Shown piece by piece: positions 1 through 10,743 of a stretch of 64,000 nucleotides of DNA (its first letter is position 1; the number at the start of each line of letters is the position of its first letter). A model generated the notes under the pieces. It was not told the origin of the DNA, ran no database searches, and was given only the letters and a program-made list of their open reading frames with translations. The stretch covers positions 96,001 to 160,000 of the forward strand of contig JAVRCJ020000006.1 of assembly GCA_034530875.2 (NCBI GenBank), written 5' to 3'. The position numbers and the translations under genes are program-made. This DNA is from Nostoc sp. DedSLP01. Its GTDB lineage: Bacteria > Cyanobacteriota > Cyanobacteriia > Cyanobacteriales > Nostocaceae.

Positions 1-531
1 GTGGAAACAGTTTTAAAAGATGGGTTTATCGCCACAGCTTCACCAGAAACCCTACGCCGCACAACTTTAGGAGGCGAGCAAACGCAACAGAGATACGTCA
101 ATTTAGAAGCGTCGCTCAGAGTTGGCAGCAAAGTCGGCGGTCATTTTGTCATGGGTCATGTAGATGGCATCGGCCGATTGGTAATGGCAGAACAAACCGC
201 TACTTCTTGGGAAATGACCTTTATTGCATCAGAGGCGATCGCACGGTACATTGTCCCCAAAGGTAGCATCGCCGTCAATGGCATCAGCCTTACAGTAGCT
301 GCATACGAGCCAGAATTGTCTCAATTTAAGGTGGCGGTCATTCCCCTCACATACACCGATACAAATCTTCGCTATTTGACTCCTGGGAGTTTGGTAAATT
401 TAGAAGGAGATATTCTCGGCAAATACGTGGAAAAATTCCTCTATTCTGGCAAACCACAGACTACAGACCCTGATAACTATAGTATAAACGACATTACACC
501 CGCATTCTTAGCAGAACACGGGTATTTGTAA
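1..531 (+). CDS. ribE: Riboflavin synthase alpha chain (5'-truncated by window edge)
   Basis: Lumazine-binding motifs VNLEASL, GGHFVMGHVDG, KGSIAVNGISLTV, VNLEGD. Confidence 0.95.
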   Translation: METVLKDGFIATASPETLRRTTLGGEQTQQRYVNLEASLRVGSKVGGHFVMGHVDGIGRLVMAEQTATSWEMTFIASEAIARYIVPKGSIAVNGISLTVAAYEPELSQFKVAVIPLTYTDTNLRYLTPGSLVNLEGDILGKYVEKFLYSGKPQTTDPDNYSINDITPAFLAEHGYL

Positions 532-536
532 TTTAG

Positions 537-637
537 GAATGGGGATTGGCGATTAGGGATTGGGGACTGGGAGTGAGGAGTGAGGAGTTATTATTCTCCC
601 CTTTCCCCCAGCCACTAGTCACCAGTCCCCAGTCCCT
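537..637. repeat. Inverted STRR heptamer clusters (GGGGA(T/C)T / CCCCAGT) between convergent genes
   Basis: ggggatt/gggactg units followed by complementary ccccagt units. Confidence 0.8.
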
Positions 638-638
638 T

Positions 639-2201
639 TTAACTGCCTGGTTTCTGGCTTAACTGAACGGGCTGGAAGCTTCGTACTAACTGGCTCAGAC
701 CGCTTTGTAATTCCACGCCTGGGTCAGCAGCAACCCACCCATTCGGTGTTAGGTGGCGGACTTCAAAGTGCAGGTGAGGGCCTGTGGAATTACCCGTGCT
801 GCCAACTCGACCGATGACAGTTCCGGGTTGTACCCACTGACCCGGTTGAACAAAGATTTCTGACATGTGACCGTAGAGAGTTTGTTCAGCAGATTTGTGG
901 TTGAGAATAACGGTTAAACCGTAACCACCCACCCAGTTAGCAGTCTCCACAGTTCCGGCGGCAGCAGCCAAAACTGGCGTTCCCATAGGCGCACCCAAGT
1001 CTGTACCAGCATGGAAGCGTTGGTTACCTGTAATTGGATGAATTCGCCAACCAAACAAAGAAGTAATGGGAGCAGGAACAGACAGTGGATACATCATTCC
1101 CGTACCGCCATAAGCGATTGTGGGGCTGTAGGGGATTCTTGGCAATACCGAAGCCAGGGAGAAGTCATAAGCTACGGTGCTGGGGCGGGGTGCAACGTTT
1201 CCTTCTGCCATTGGTGGTGGTAGAGTGCCACCGCTTGGTGCGATGGGAGTTGCACTCACTCTCGTGGGGCCAAACTCGCTGGGATTAGGAATAAACCGAT
1301 TCGGGCGGAATGCGGTCTTATTTTCACCAATAGAACCACTTTGAGCAGCACGCCATCTGCTATTGTTACCAGTAGTTGCAATTATTGGTCGCACGGGCGG
1401 AACTACTGGTAATTGTGCGTTTTCACTTCTTCTAAGCCAGCTAGGTGCTGATTTGCGATAGCGTTCGGCTACGCGGTCAGTTTGGGGTGCTTTCACGCAA
1501 ACCCCGCCTAGTACGCTTTGTCCAGAAGGCAAAACGGCTCGACAACCACTAGAACGTTCTGTGAGGATTACGGAATTCGGTGCTTGGTAAGTACCCGTTG
1601 CGCCGGCATCATAATTGTTGGGGTCAATATAGGCGTTATTATAATCCTTGGTTTTTTCAGTCGTTGCTCTGACAGTGTTGTTTGAGTTGTTTGCTGGTTG
1701 AGCAACTTCTGGTAACTTTTCACGTAGCGAACGGGAAGGAGTATTACGCTTTTCTTCTCGTACCCTTACAGGAGCAAGTTGGGAAGTTTCTGGCTTGGGC
1801 TTTGACTGTCTGAAAGTTACAACAGGTTCAGCAGCTTCGATTTTAGGCTTTAACTGTCTAATTGGTTGTTTCGATTGAGCTACTTCTGGCTTGCGTAACC
1901 TCTGTTTGAGTCTGGTTCGCCGTTGAGCAAAGTCCGGCTGTGTTTGACTTGCTTCGGGCGCAACACTCCGTATTTTAAGTGGATTGGCGATCGCTGCTGG
2001 CTGGGAACTTTCAACAGTGGGAACGATATTATCTATTTGTGTTTCCATTTGGGCAGAGACAAAGCCGCCGCTTAGGAGACTGATGCTGCTTAACCAACAG
2101 AGACTCTGTGCTGGTAGCGTCGAGGCAAAACGTTTTTTTGTGACATCTTGCTGTGATAAGTAGTGCAAACGATGATGGGCAGAATTTTTGCGCTGCGTCA
2201 T
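639..2201 (-). CDS. M23 family metallopeptidase with long low-complexity N-terminus
   Basis: C-terminal HAGTDLGAP, YGHM and GNSTGPHLHFEV motifs. Confidence 0.92.
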   Translation of the reverse strand: MTQRKNSAHHRLHYLSQQDVTKKRFASTLPAQSLCWLSSISLLSGGFVSAQMETQIDNIVPTVESSQPAAIANPLKIRSVAPEASQTQPDFAQRRTRLKQRLRKPEVAQSKQPIRQLKPKIEAAEPVVTFRQSKPKPETSQLAPVRVREEKRNTPSRSLREKLPEVAQPANNSNNTVRATTEKTKDYNNAYIDPNNYDAGATGTYQAPNSVILTERSSGCRAVLPSGQSVLGGVCVKAPQTDRVAERYRKSAPSWLRRSENAQLPVVPPVRPIIATTGNNSRWRAAQSGSIGENKTAFRPNRFIPNPSEFGPTRVSATPIAPSGGTLPPPMAEGNVAPRPSTVAYDFSLASVLPRIPYSPTIAYGGTGMMYPLSVPAPITSLFGWRIHPITGNQRFHAGTDLGAPMGTPVLAAAAGTVETANWVGGYGLTVILNHKSAEQTLYGHMSEIFVQPGQWVQPGTVIGRVGSTGNSTGPHLHFEVRHLTPNGWVAADPGVELQSGLSQLVRSFQPVQLSQKPGS

Positions 2202-2291
2202 TTGTTCTCTCAGTTGTGTGTAATTAGCCTAAAGAGATGATGCTAGTGGTTTGCCTTGCCCAAAGAGCGAAATTTTGAACAAACCTCAAAT

Positions 2292-3110
2292 TTAAATGGA
2301 AGATTTATGGTACCCCAAACTGATTGTACCGGGTTGAATATAAATTTCCGGTGTAAATAGTTCTTTTGTCCCATAATTTTCTACATCAATTCGTAAATTT
2401 CCTTGAGGAGTGACGCCAACTACAGTACCTAAAAGATTGTTGACGTAAACTTTATCGCCTATGTTTGTAAGCAAATCTAAATAGCCAGGCAAGAGTATGT
2501 TTATTCCTTCTTGGAAAAGGCACTGCACGCCGGATTCTATTCCTAGTAAAACTGTAGAGGTAAGCATTTCTAGACAAGAAATTGCTCTGTAATTTTGGGA
2601 AGCTTGCCACGATTCCAGATTAATTCCTGTTTCTGGTACTGGATTTGTCCAGTTAATACCTACACCAATTACTGCTTGGGTAATTTGTCCTTTGTTTACT
2701 TTGGTTTCTGTTAAAATGCCGCCTAGCTTGCGACCATTTAAAACTAAATCATTGGGCCATTTGATGCCAACATTGACGTTATATTGGCGCAATTGAGAGC
2801 CAATTCCCCAAGCACTAGCGAAAGTTAGCTGATAGCTTTCATTAGCTTCTATTTTCTGGTCAAAGGAAATCGCTAGCGAAAGATACAATCCCCCAGTTGG
2901 AGAAATCCACTGGCGGCCCCATTGTCCCTTTCCAGCAGTCTGGGAAGTTGCAATTACTACTGTTCCTGAGTTCGCGCCTTGGTTGAGCATGTCCCAGAGA
3001 ATTTGGTTCGTTGAGGAGACACTTTCAAAAAAGTGCAGAGAAAATGGTAAATATGGAGACTTACGCCCTACTTTTAAGGCTGCTTCTAAATTTTGCAGAT
3101 CGAATCCCAC
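2292..3110 (-). CDS. birA: Biotin--acetyl-CoA-carboxylase ligase
   Basis: QTAGKGQWGRQW, KWPNDL, KLGGIL, GVGIN motifs. Confidence 0.95.
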   Translation of the reverse strand: MGFDLQNLEAALKVGRKSPYLPFSLHFFESVSSTNQILWDMLNQGANSGTVVIATSQTAGKGQWGRQWISPTGGLYLSLAISFDQKIEANESYQLTFASAWGIGSQLRQYNVNVGIKWPNDLVLNGRKLGGILTETKVNKGQITQAVIGVGINWTNPVPETGINLESWQASQNYRAISCLEMLTSTVLLGIESGVQCLFQEGINILLPGYLDLLTNIGDKVYVNNLLGTVVGVTPQGNLRIDVENYGTKELFTPEIYIQPGTISLGYHKSSI

Positions 3111-3189
3111 AGCAGTTAACCTAAATTCCGTTGTTCAAGTTAGCATTAATTGACTGATGAGTATATTTTCTGTTTAGGTTTAGTTGAAG

Positions 3190-3957
3190 ATGCACACTTG
3201 GCACTGGCGTAATTGGGAAGGACTGCCCTATTTGACTTGCAGTATTCTGGAAAATTGGCATCACGGTTTCTTTACTCACCAGTTTTGGCCGCGATCGCCA
3301 CAAGATATCACACAAGCACTACAACCAGAGGCATCAGTCTATCGCTTAAAGCAGGTACATGGCAATACTGTTCTCACCCCCCAAGAAATTGCCACGAGCA
3401 CTCTTGAGGATGGTTTAGCAGCGGCAGATGGTTTAATTAGCGAGCAGCCTCTACAAGCTGTTTGGGTCGCTAGTGCAGATTGTACGCCCGTGCTGATTGG
3501 GGATGTGAAAACCCGACAAGTGGCAGCATTACACGCTGGATGGCGCGGTACTGCCAAGCAGATTGTCCCCCAAGCGATCGCTCGCTTACAATCCCAAGGC
3601 AGCCAACTCGACGATTTACGTATTGCTATGGGGCCTGCGATCGCTGGTGAGGTTTACCAGGTTTCTGTTGAGGTGGCTGCCGAAGTCGGAGCCAGCATTT
3701 TACCATATAACGACGAACAAAAAATTGTCTATGAATTACAAAATCTGCCAAATTCACCTTTATTAGAAGACCCAAACCCAGAAAAGGTAAAACTCGATGT
3801 CCGGCGGGTAAATCTTTTACAATTGACAAGTTTAGGAATTAATTCAGAACAAATTGCGATCGCTCCTTATTGTACTTTCCAAAATCCAGACTATTTCTTT
3901 TCTTACCGCCGAGAACAAGAGAAAAAAGTCCAGTGGTCAGGAATTGTTAGCTGTTAA
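3190..3957 (+). CDS. pgeF: Peptidoglycan editing factor PgeF (YfiH family)
   Basis: KQVHG, ADCTPVL, HAGWRG, FFSYRR motifs. Confidence 0.93.
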   Translation: MHTWHWRNWEGLPYLTCSILENWHHGFFTHQFWPRSPQDITQALQPEASVYRLKQVHGNTVLTPQEIATSTLEDGLAAADGLISEQPLQAVWVASADCTPVLIGDVKTRQVAALHAGWRGTAKQIVPQAIARLQSQGSQLDDLRIAMGPAIAGEVYQVSVEVAAEVGASILPYNDEQKIVYELQNLPNSPLLEDPNPEKVKLDVRRVNLLQLTSLGINSEQIAIAPYCTFQNPDYFFSYRREQEKKVQWSGIVSC

Positions 3958-4110
3958 AGTATGAATTAGTAGCCTCAATCGCGATCGCACAATAGATTTT
4001 CAGGATGCTCGAGATTGAGGATTTTTCATACAGCATACTGCAATGCATCTGCTGTAAGTATTTTTACAAATATTAACGTTGAAGTAAAAAATTTTTTACT
4101 AGGTAAAATA

Positions 4111-5157
4111 TCAAGTCAATGCTTCATATAAAACTTCGCGATGTATCAAAGCGCGATCGACTAAAGATTGTATTTGTTCGGCTGATAATGGATCGCCATT
4201 AGCATAATGTTCCATCCAGGTTTTACCAATTAAATTGGAGTCATCTGGTAAAGTTCCTAAATCCCACCCAGGCATTTCCAAGTCTTCCATGAGACGATTT
4301 ACCTTAGGATCGTAACTCAGAGCAAAACAGCGACAACCTTCAGCAGCAGCCATAATTAAGCTGTGCAGGCGCATTCCAATTGCCATTTCGACACCGCGAA
4401 AGACACCTTTTAAAAGTTGCGGATCTTCCAGACACAAAATTTTGCTGACATCTGGAAGTTGCGGTTGAATAGCTTGAGCAATACCTAAATCTTCACTTTT
4501 TTGAAATGGCAGTAGTAATATAAATGCTTGCGTAGCTTTTTGGAAATCCACCAAAGCTCGAGTCAAATTTGCTAAGCGTGTTGGTGTAAGTAGGGGATGC
4601 GATCGCAAAGTTACCGCAACTCTCGGCGCAGGTAAATCCCAAAGTCCCGGTACTGGTTTAGATTCTAATGCCCAAACAGGGTCGGGAGCTATAACACAAG
4701 AAATTTGCCAATCAGCTAATAAAGCAGCACTGGCGCGATCGCGGACGCTGACTTTGGTACAATTACCAAAGGTTTGCCTTGCTAAATAACGGGTTTGCGG
4801 ACGCACCAAGGGACCGATACCCTGTGCCCAAGCTACGGTTTTCAAACCAAATTTCTGTGCCAATGCCATCAGTCCCCCATAATAAAATGGGCTGATAGTG
4901 CTAGTAACATCTTGAATTAGACTCCCACCGCCCCAAATTAAGGCATCACAAGAGCGCAAAGCTTGTAAAACGGGTAAAATAGCCATGCGATTGTGGGTTT
5001 CTACATTGTAGCGATCGCGCGTTTCCTCTGGATTACCCGAAAGCACCACAGGCGTCACATCAGGTGGTAACATTTGCAAAAGCGTTGCCAACAAAGCTTC
5101 GTCACCACCATTACCTTTACCGTAATATCCAGACAATAACGCCCGCATCTTTGCCAT
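4111..5157 (-). CDS. csaB: Polysaccharide pyruvyl transferase CsaB
   Basis: GYYGKGNGGDEA, GGGSLIQDVTS, GMRLHSLI, YDPKV. Confidence 0.93.
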   Translation of the reverse strand: MAKMRALLSGYYGKGNGGDEALLATLLQMLPPDVTPVVLSGNPEETRDRYNVETHNRMAILPVLQALRSCDALIWGGGSLIQDVTSTISPFYYGGLMALAQKFGLKTVAWAQGIGPLVRPQTRYLARQTFGNCTKVSVRDRASAALLADWQISCVIAPDPVWALESKPVPGLWDLPAPRVAVTLRSHPLLTPTRLANLTRALVDFQKATQAFILLLPFQKSEDLGIAQAIQPQLPDVSKILCLEDPQLLKGVFRGVEMAIGMRLHSLIMAAAEGCRCFALSYDPKVNRLMEDLEMPGWDLGTLPDDSNLIGKTWMEHYANGDPLSAEQIQSLVDRALIHREVLYEALT

Positions 5158-5376
5158 TTTAGATTTTGGATTTTAGATTTTAGATTATCAAGTTTTTCCC
5201 CAAAATTGATGAGATACCGTCATCTCACCAACTAATAATAGTTTGGGCTGGGAGTAGGGAGTAAGAATATTCTGTCTAAAGACAATTTATTATAAAGATG
5301 AATTTTCTTGTGGGAAGATGATCTTTGTAGAAAAACAACAGAACTAATTAATCCCCATTCCCCACTCCAACTTCTT

Positions 5377-5712
5377 ATGCACGTCCTTTCGATTCCCACC
5401 TGGATTATTCATATTTCTAGCGTTATTGAGTGGATTATTGCCATTTGGTTGATTTGGACTTATGGCGAACTTACTGGTAACCGTAGTTGGTGGGGATTAT
5501 CTCTTGCTATGCTACCAGCTTTGGTGAGCGCCATGTGTGCTTGTACCTGGCATTATTTCGACAACGCCGAATCTTTGGAATGGCTGGTAACGCTTCAAGC
5601 TACCATGACCTTAGTTGGTAATTTTACACTTTGGGCAGCAGCATTTTTGATTTGGCGTTCTACCAAGTCTACCAGCAGCGTTGCACCCCAACCTATTAAA
5701 TCAAAGCAATGA
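5377..5712 (+). CDS. Ycf49-like (DUF2499) membrane protein
   Basis: LSIPTWIIHISSVIEW and AMCACTWH signature; ATG 5377 preferred as start. Confidence 0.85.
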   Translation: MHVLSIPTWIIHISSVIEWIIAIWLIWTYGELTGNRSWWGLSLAMLPALVSAMCACTWHYFDNAESLEWLVTLQATMTLVGNFTLWAAAFLIWRSTKSTSSVAPQPIKSKQ

Positions 5713-6002
5713 TGTCTAAAGAAACCCTGTTTGCACTTTCACTTTTTCCCTATTTGGGTTTCTTGTGGTTTATCAGCCGCAGTCCACAAATGCCGCGTCT
5801 AGCGCTATATGGATTTTACGGTACTCTTGTTTTCGTTTTCGTCACCATTCCCGCAGGAATCTACGCCCAATTGCATTATGGCAACTCTTTAGCCAATGTA
5901 GATTGGTTACACGGTGGTGCAGAAGTATTTTTAACGCTTGCCAACATCTTGACGGTGTTGGGTTTCCGGCAAGCAGTCCAGGAATTGAAAAATAGGGAGT
6001 AG
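5709..6002 (+). CDS. DUF3593-like membrane protein
   Basis: LFALSLFPYLGFL...LANVDWLHGGAE; ATGA overlap with upstream gene. Confidence 0.85.
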   Translation: MMSKETLFALSLFPYLGFLWFISRSPQMPRLALYGFYGTLVFVFVTIPAGIYAQLHYGNSLANVDWLHGGAEVFLTLANILTVLGFRQAVQELKNRE

Positions 6003-6106
6003 GGAGTGGTGAGTTAGGAGTTAAGAATTGTTTTCTTTGCCTCTTCATTCCCCACTCCCTATTCCCCACTCTCCATTTTTAAGCATTGAGTATAAGGAAG
6101 AAGTAA

Positions 6107-6880
6107 ATGGATGTAATTCCAGCAATAGATTTACTAGAAGGTCGTTGCGTGCGACTGTATCAAGGAGACTACGATCGCTCGCAAGTTTTTAGCGAAAACC
6201 CGGCTGATGTTGCAAAACAGTGGGTGGAACAAGGCGCTACAAGATTGCATGTAGTCGATCTAGATGGTGCAAAAGCAGGTAAAGTAGTAAATCTTCAGGC
6301 AATAGAAGCGATCGCTAATGTGGTATCAGTGCCGATTGAAATTGGTGGAGGATTGCGCGATCGCACCAGCGTAGAACAAGTGTTTAATCTGGGCATACAG
6401 TGGGGAATTCTCGGCACTATCGCCGTAGAACAACCGCAACTAGTACAACAACTGTGTGAAGAATTTCCGGGAAAAATTATTATCGGTATTGATGCCCGTA
6501 ACGGCCGCGTAGCAACTCGCGGTTGGTTAGAAACTTCAGAAGTTTTAGCCACCCAACTGGCTGTAAGAATGCAAGAATTAGGTGCAGCAGCGATTATTTA
6601 TACGGATATTCACCGTGATGGTACGCTCTCAGGGCCGAATTTGCCTGCTTTACGAGAACTTGCTGCTGCAATTTCGATACCAGTAATTGCTTCTGGTGGA
6701 GTTAGTTCTGTTACCGATTTGTTGAGTTTGCTGGCGTTAGAACCCCAAGGCGTGACAGGTGCGATCGTCGGACGTGCCTTGTATACTGGGGATATTTTAC
6801 TTAAAGAAGCATTACAAGCGATCGGACCTGGGCGAATTCAGGATATACCGCCCAATTTTGGGTATTCTAATTTTGCTTAA
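6107..6880 (+). CDS. hisA: ProFAR isomerase (histidine biosynthesis)
   Basis: [33 protein letters not shown]. Confidence 0.97.
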   Translation: MDVIPAIDLLEGRCVRLYQGDYDRSQVFSENPADVAKQWVEQGATRLHVVDLDGAKAGKVVNLQAIEAIANVVSVPIEIGGGLRDRTSVEQVFNLGIQWGILGTIAVEQPQLVQQLCEEFPGKIIIGIDARNGRVATRGWLETSEVLATQLAVRMQELGAAAIIYTDIHRDGTLSGPNLPALRELAAAISIPVIASGGVSSVTDLLSLLALEPQGVTGAIVGRALYTGDILLKEALQAIGPGRIQDIPPNFGYSNFA

Positions 6881-7000
6881 TAGTTTCTGTATTTGGTGAC
6901 AAACTCCACACACTGCCCCGGAGTACCAAGTACAGTGGTAGCTCTCTTAACCAGTCCGGCTATTTATTTTAGCTAAACAGCGAACGGTACGGAGGATGAA

Positions 7001-7654
7001 ATGGTTGTTACACTGCAACTGCGCCAAATCGACCTTCAACCAGGGCAGTGCTTGACATTGCGCGATATCGGTTGGACAGAGTTTGAAGCAATTCTAGAGG
7101 AACTTGGAGAACATCGGGCTACACGAGTTGCTTACTATCAAGGGGTGTTAGAGATTCGGATGCCTTCAGCAGAACATGAAGTTGACAAAGAATTAATCGG
7201 CGATATGGTTAAAATCCTACTTGATGAGTTAGCACTTGACTGGGAACCTTACGGCTCGACAACACTAAAGCGAGTGCAAATGGCAGCAGGTGTAGAACCC
7301 GATACCTGTTTTTATATTCAAAATGCTCGCCAAATGATTGGCAAGCGACGGTTAGATTTGTCAGTCGACCCACCACCAGATTTAGCAATTGAAATTGATG
7401 TTACCTCAAAGACCCAGCTTAGTGCTTATGTGGCATTGAGCGTACCTGAAGTTTGGTGTTATGCAAATGGCAAATTGCGAGTATTTGTCTTAAATCAAGG
7501 AGAATATATGGAAATGGAAACTAGCCCCACTTTTGGGAAGTTACCTGTCATTGAGGGGATATTACAGTTTTTGCAACTCAGCCTGACACAAGGATCTAGT
7601 ACAGCACAACGGAGATTTAGGCAGTGGGTACGTCAAGCATTAACACAGCAATAA
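7001..7654 (+). CDS. Uma2 family endonuclease
   Basis: EPDTCFYI, PPPDLAIEIDVTS, VPEVW; RBS ggagg. Confidence 0.92.
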   Translation: MVVTLQLRQIDLQPGQCLTLRDIGWTEFEAILEELGEHRATRVAYYQGVLEIRMPSAEHEVDKELIGDMVKILLDELALDWEPYGSTTLKRVQMAAGVEPDTCFYIQNARQMIGKRRLDLSVDPPPDLAIEIDVTSKTQLSAYVALSVPEVWCYANGKLRVFVLNQGEYMEMETSPTFGKLPVIEGILQFLQLSLTQGSSTAQRRFRQWVRQALTQQ

Positions 7655-7667
7655 ATATGAAGTTCGG

Positions 7668-9011
7668 TTAAATATCGATAGATATAGTTTTGGTAAAACG
7701 AAATTTTTGGTAATGAGCGTCAAGAACATATTTGTGATTGATAGCATCCTCACCAGATAGACGAGTTTCTATTGTCTTTCCTAGAATATCTTTATAGCCA
7801 TCCATTAATTCTGGGGCTATTAAAACCCTCCTCGTTTCTGGATGAATTGTTAGTAAGTATTTATCAAAAAGTCTATGTAAATCCACTCGCAGTAGTAGAC
7901 CATTTGCGATATTATGAGAATCTTGATTTCTATAAGGAATAATGTGCGCTGCTTCAATAACTTCTTCAATATTGCATCCAGTTATTATACACTTAGCTCC
8001 ATAAATTTCTATTAGTGCTTTTTTAAACTCTTCTTGCCCAGGACGAGGTGGAGGTGATTTCTGTTTTTTTATTTTTTCTAAAGTCGATAATTTTTTGACA
8101 AATTCAACATATTTATAATCTTTGGTTACATTTACATAAACCATTTTTTTATATTCTGGATCGAAACCTTCAGGAAATATAGTTTCTTCATCGTAATATG
8201 CTTCTTGTAAACTACTGGCACTATTCAAGCTAGTTTTATCAAAATTAGTTTTTCGTAAGTCTGCCTTACGCCAATTAGAACATTCTAATTTTGATTCATA
8301 TAAAACAGCATGATAAAGGTTGGCTTTTCTGAATTTTGTGTTAATTAATCTTGCTTGTTGTAGATCGGCTTCAGTCAGGTCTACACCATCTAATATTGAA
8401 TTTGTTAAATTTGCTTTATATAATTTAGCTTGTTTTAAGTTAGCTCTCTCTAAATTAACGCTTTGAAGGTTAGCTTCTGTTAAATCAACTCCGCTAAGAT
8501 TTCTATCAACTGCACCTTGATTAACAATTTCCCATATTAACTTATTTTTATCATCGAGTTTTGTATTTTCATCAATTATTACACCTTTAAAATTTGCACC
8601 TAAAACTATAGTATTAGTTAGATCGACACCACACAAGTTTGCATTTTTTAGATTTGCATTGCTTAGAATAGCTCCTTCTAAGTTTGCTCCACTTAGGATT
8701 GCTCCTTCTAGTTTAGCATTATCTAAATTTACCCCACGTAAGTTCGCATAAGCTAGATTAGTATTTTCTAGTTCTGCATTATTTAAATCTGAACCGCTAA
8801 GGTTAATTCCTGTTAGGGTTTCATTCCTAAAATCTGCTGGTTTGTTGTAATTTAAATAAGTTTTCCCTATTTTTTCAAGCATCCAATTATGCAAGTTTAA
8901 ATTACAAAAATCTCTTTCGCCCGCTTTGTAACGTATTAAAAGTTTTATATCTTCGAGTTGTTGCTGATCTTTGATCCAAGCACTACCATTATTAGCTGTA
9001 AATCTTGCCAT
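7668..9011 (-). CDS. Pentapeptide-repeat protein fused to C-terminal HNH endonuclease
   Basis: A(N/D)LxxA repeats over ~250 aa; CIITG...EAAHIIPY...NGLLLRVDLHRLFD. Confidence 0.88.
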   Translation of the reverse strand: MARFTANNGSAWIKDQQQLEDIKLLIRYKAGERDFCNLNLHNWMLEKIGKTYLNYNKPADFRNETLTGINLSGSDLNNAELENTNLAYANLRGVNLDNAKLEGAILSGANLEGAILSNANLKNANLCGVDLTNTIVLGANFKGVIIDENTKLDDKNKLIWEIVNQGAVDRNLSGVDLTEANLQSVNLERANLKQAKLYKANLTNSILDGVDLTEADLQQARLINTKFRKANLYHAVLYESKLECSNWRKADLRKTNFDKTSLNSASSLQEAYYDEETIFPEGFDPEYKKMVYVNVTKDYKYVEFVKKLSTLEKIKKQKSPPPRPGQEEFKKALIEIYGAKCIITGCNIEEVIEAAHIIPYRNQDSHNIANGLLLRVDLHRLFDKYLLTIHPETRRVLIAPELMDGYKDILGKTIETRLSGEDAINHKYVLDAHYQKFRFTKTISIDI

Positions 9012-9283
9012 GTTTTTGGAAAATCTAGATACTTAGATGTAAATAGGAGAGCATTATCGTCAATAATAGCCGTATATTATACTAGTTTTTTGCTAATATA
9101 CTGAGCGATCGTTAGATTGATATATTAAAATTTATACTTTTTGCGTTAAAAGTTAAGGTTTATACATAAGTAAGATTATGTACAAACTTTTTTGAAAAAA
9201 TTTAAATTTTCTTTGATATATTTCTGTAATCGACAATACCCGTAATGTAGATAAAATTGTAGTAGACTTCAAAATTCGATATT

Positions 9284-9403
9284 ATGGCTAGTCAAGAGCA
9301 AAATACCCATCAAGCATTCAATCAAACACAGGCTGACGGAACAAAGAAAAAGAAAAAACTACAGCCGCCTCCAGATATCAAAAAACCAAAGAGAACAGAA
9401 TAA
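9284..9403 (+). CDS. Putative 39-aa Lys/Pro-rich small protein
   Basis: Hand-translated ORF MASQEQNTHQAFNQTQADGTKKKKKLQPPPDIKKPKRTE*; below the ORF track cutoff. Confidence 0.3.
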   Translation: MASQEQNTHQAFNQTQADGTKKKKKLQPPPDIKKPKRTE

Positions 9404-9440
9404 AAATAGAATTCAGAATAATTAGAAAACCAGAATATTA

Positions 9441-9533
9441 TATAGCGATTCTTGTTTGCATTCAAACTATTGTAGGGGCGCACAGCTGTACGCCCCTACG
9501 AATAACCGTATTTTACTCAATTAAAAAGCTATA
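9441..9533. mobile_element. MITE-like element with internal GTAG REP-like hairpin
   Basis: TATAGC...GCTATA ends; hairpin gtaggggcg-N10-cgcccctac at 9472-9499. Confidence 0.6.
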
Positions 9534-9600
9534 TAGCTTGTGAATTTTCCTGAAATTATTAAGCTTGTGTCTCAAATACTCCTGAATTCTGACTTCTCAC

Positions 9601-10680
9601 TTATTTATTTTTCACTTGACTCTTTGCCTGTTCTAAAGCTATTTCTTTCATTGCTTGATATGAGTTGACATTGGAATTACCTTCAATAGCTTTAACTGCC
9701 AAATCCTGAACTTGTTTGAGGGCTGATTCAAGTTGTTTAGAAAGATTTTGAATGCGTGTCTCTTGGTTGGTAATAGTCTGTTCTAGAGATTGCAGCCTTT
9801 GTTCGTAAAAGCGCTTTTGCCCTTCTACTTCTTTAGAATATAAATCCGATTTGATTTTAGCTTGATAGTGGGCAATTCCTTTGCCTTCTTCTGTAGCTTT
9901 TTTAATAGCTGCTTCTTTTTCTTTGGGAAAAGCCTCTACTTTAGCTTTCAATTCTTCAAATTGTTTCTCTCTTTCATAAATTGCTTTTTCCCGTTCAGCC
10001 CACTGTTTTTCTGTTTTTTGGAGTAATTCCTCTAACTGTTTATATAATGCTTTCTGTCTTTGTTCGTATTCGTCATTATCTAATTGCCGTTGCAATTCTA
10101 AATTATACTTGTACTCTGTTACATCGCGTTGCCGAGTTTTATTTAGGCTTTCATTTCGTTCTTTTATCGCCCGTTGATGTTCTTCTTGTTCTTTTACCCA
10201 AGTATTTCTTTCATCTAGTACTTCTTGCAATAAAACTTCCGATCGCTGACTATATTCTTCCTGATAAGCTTTAGAATTATCTTCATAACTTTGGATCAGA
10301 GTATCTAATATACCCTCAGACATTTCTAAATTATGTAACTGTTTTAATTGTTGAATCTCTTCCTCTAAAGTTTGCCTAATTTCTTCTAATTTAGAAGCTT
10401 TAGTTGTCAGTTGTTCTGATAATTCATTAGCAGCACTCCCAAAGCCTAATTGAATTTTTGCTAAGCTTTCAATTGTATTATTCATCTTTTGCTGGACGCT
10501 AGAAAGCTGATTCATAGGTGCTTTTTGTTCTAGTTTAGGCTGTTCCTTACTTATAGACTGACTTTCTTTCACAACTTTATCAAGTTGGGATTTCAGGGCT
10601 GCTTGTTCTTTAACTAACTCCTCATACGCCTGAAGAATTTCCACTTTAGTATTCTTCTCAGTCGGTTTTTTCACCACCAC
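9601..10680 (-). CDS. Coiled-coil-rich protein, probable ZacK (Alr4505-like)
   Basis: All-helical Q/E/K-rich; paralog of neighbour (shared C-terminal QDLA motif); position next to sphR matches recalled Anabaena gene order. Confidence 0.65.
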   Translation of the reverse strand: MVVKKPTEKNTKVEILQAYEELVKEQAALKSQLDKVVKESQSISKEQPKLEQKAPMNQLSSVQQKMNNTIESLAKIQLGFGSAANELSEQLTTKASKLEEIRQTLEEEIQQLKQLHNLEMSEGILDTLIQSYEDNSKAYQEEYSQRSEVLLQEVLDERNTWVKEQEEHQRAIKERNESLNKTRQRDVTEYKYNLELQRQLDNDEYEQRQKALYKQLEELLQKTEKQWAEREKAIYEREKQFEELKAKVEAFPKEKEAAIKKATEEGKGIAHYQAKIKSDLYSKEVEGQKRFYEQRLQSLEQTITNQETRIQNLSKQLESALKQVQDLAVKAIEGNSNVNSYQAMKEIALEQAKSQVKNK

Positions 10681-10743
10681 AACAACCTCCTCTTGAGGAA
10701 TTGAAAATTTAAATTGATTGAGATGCTACCTACAGACTGATAA

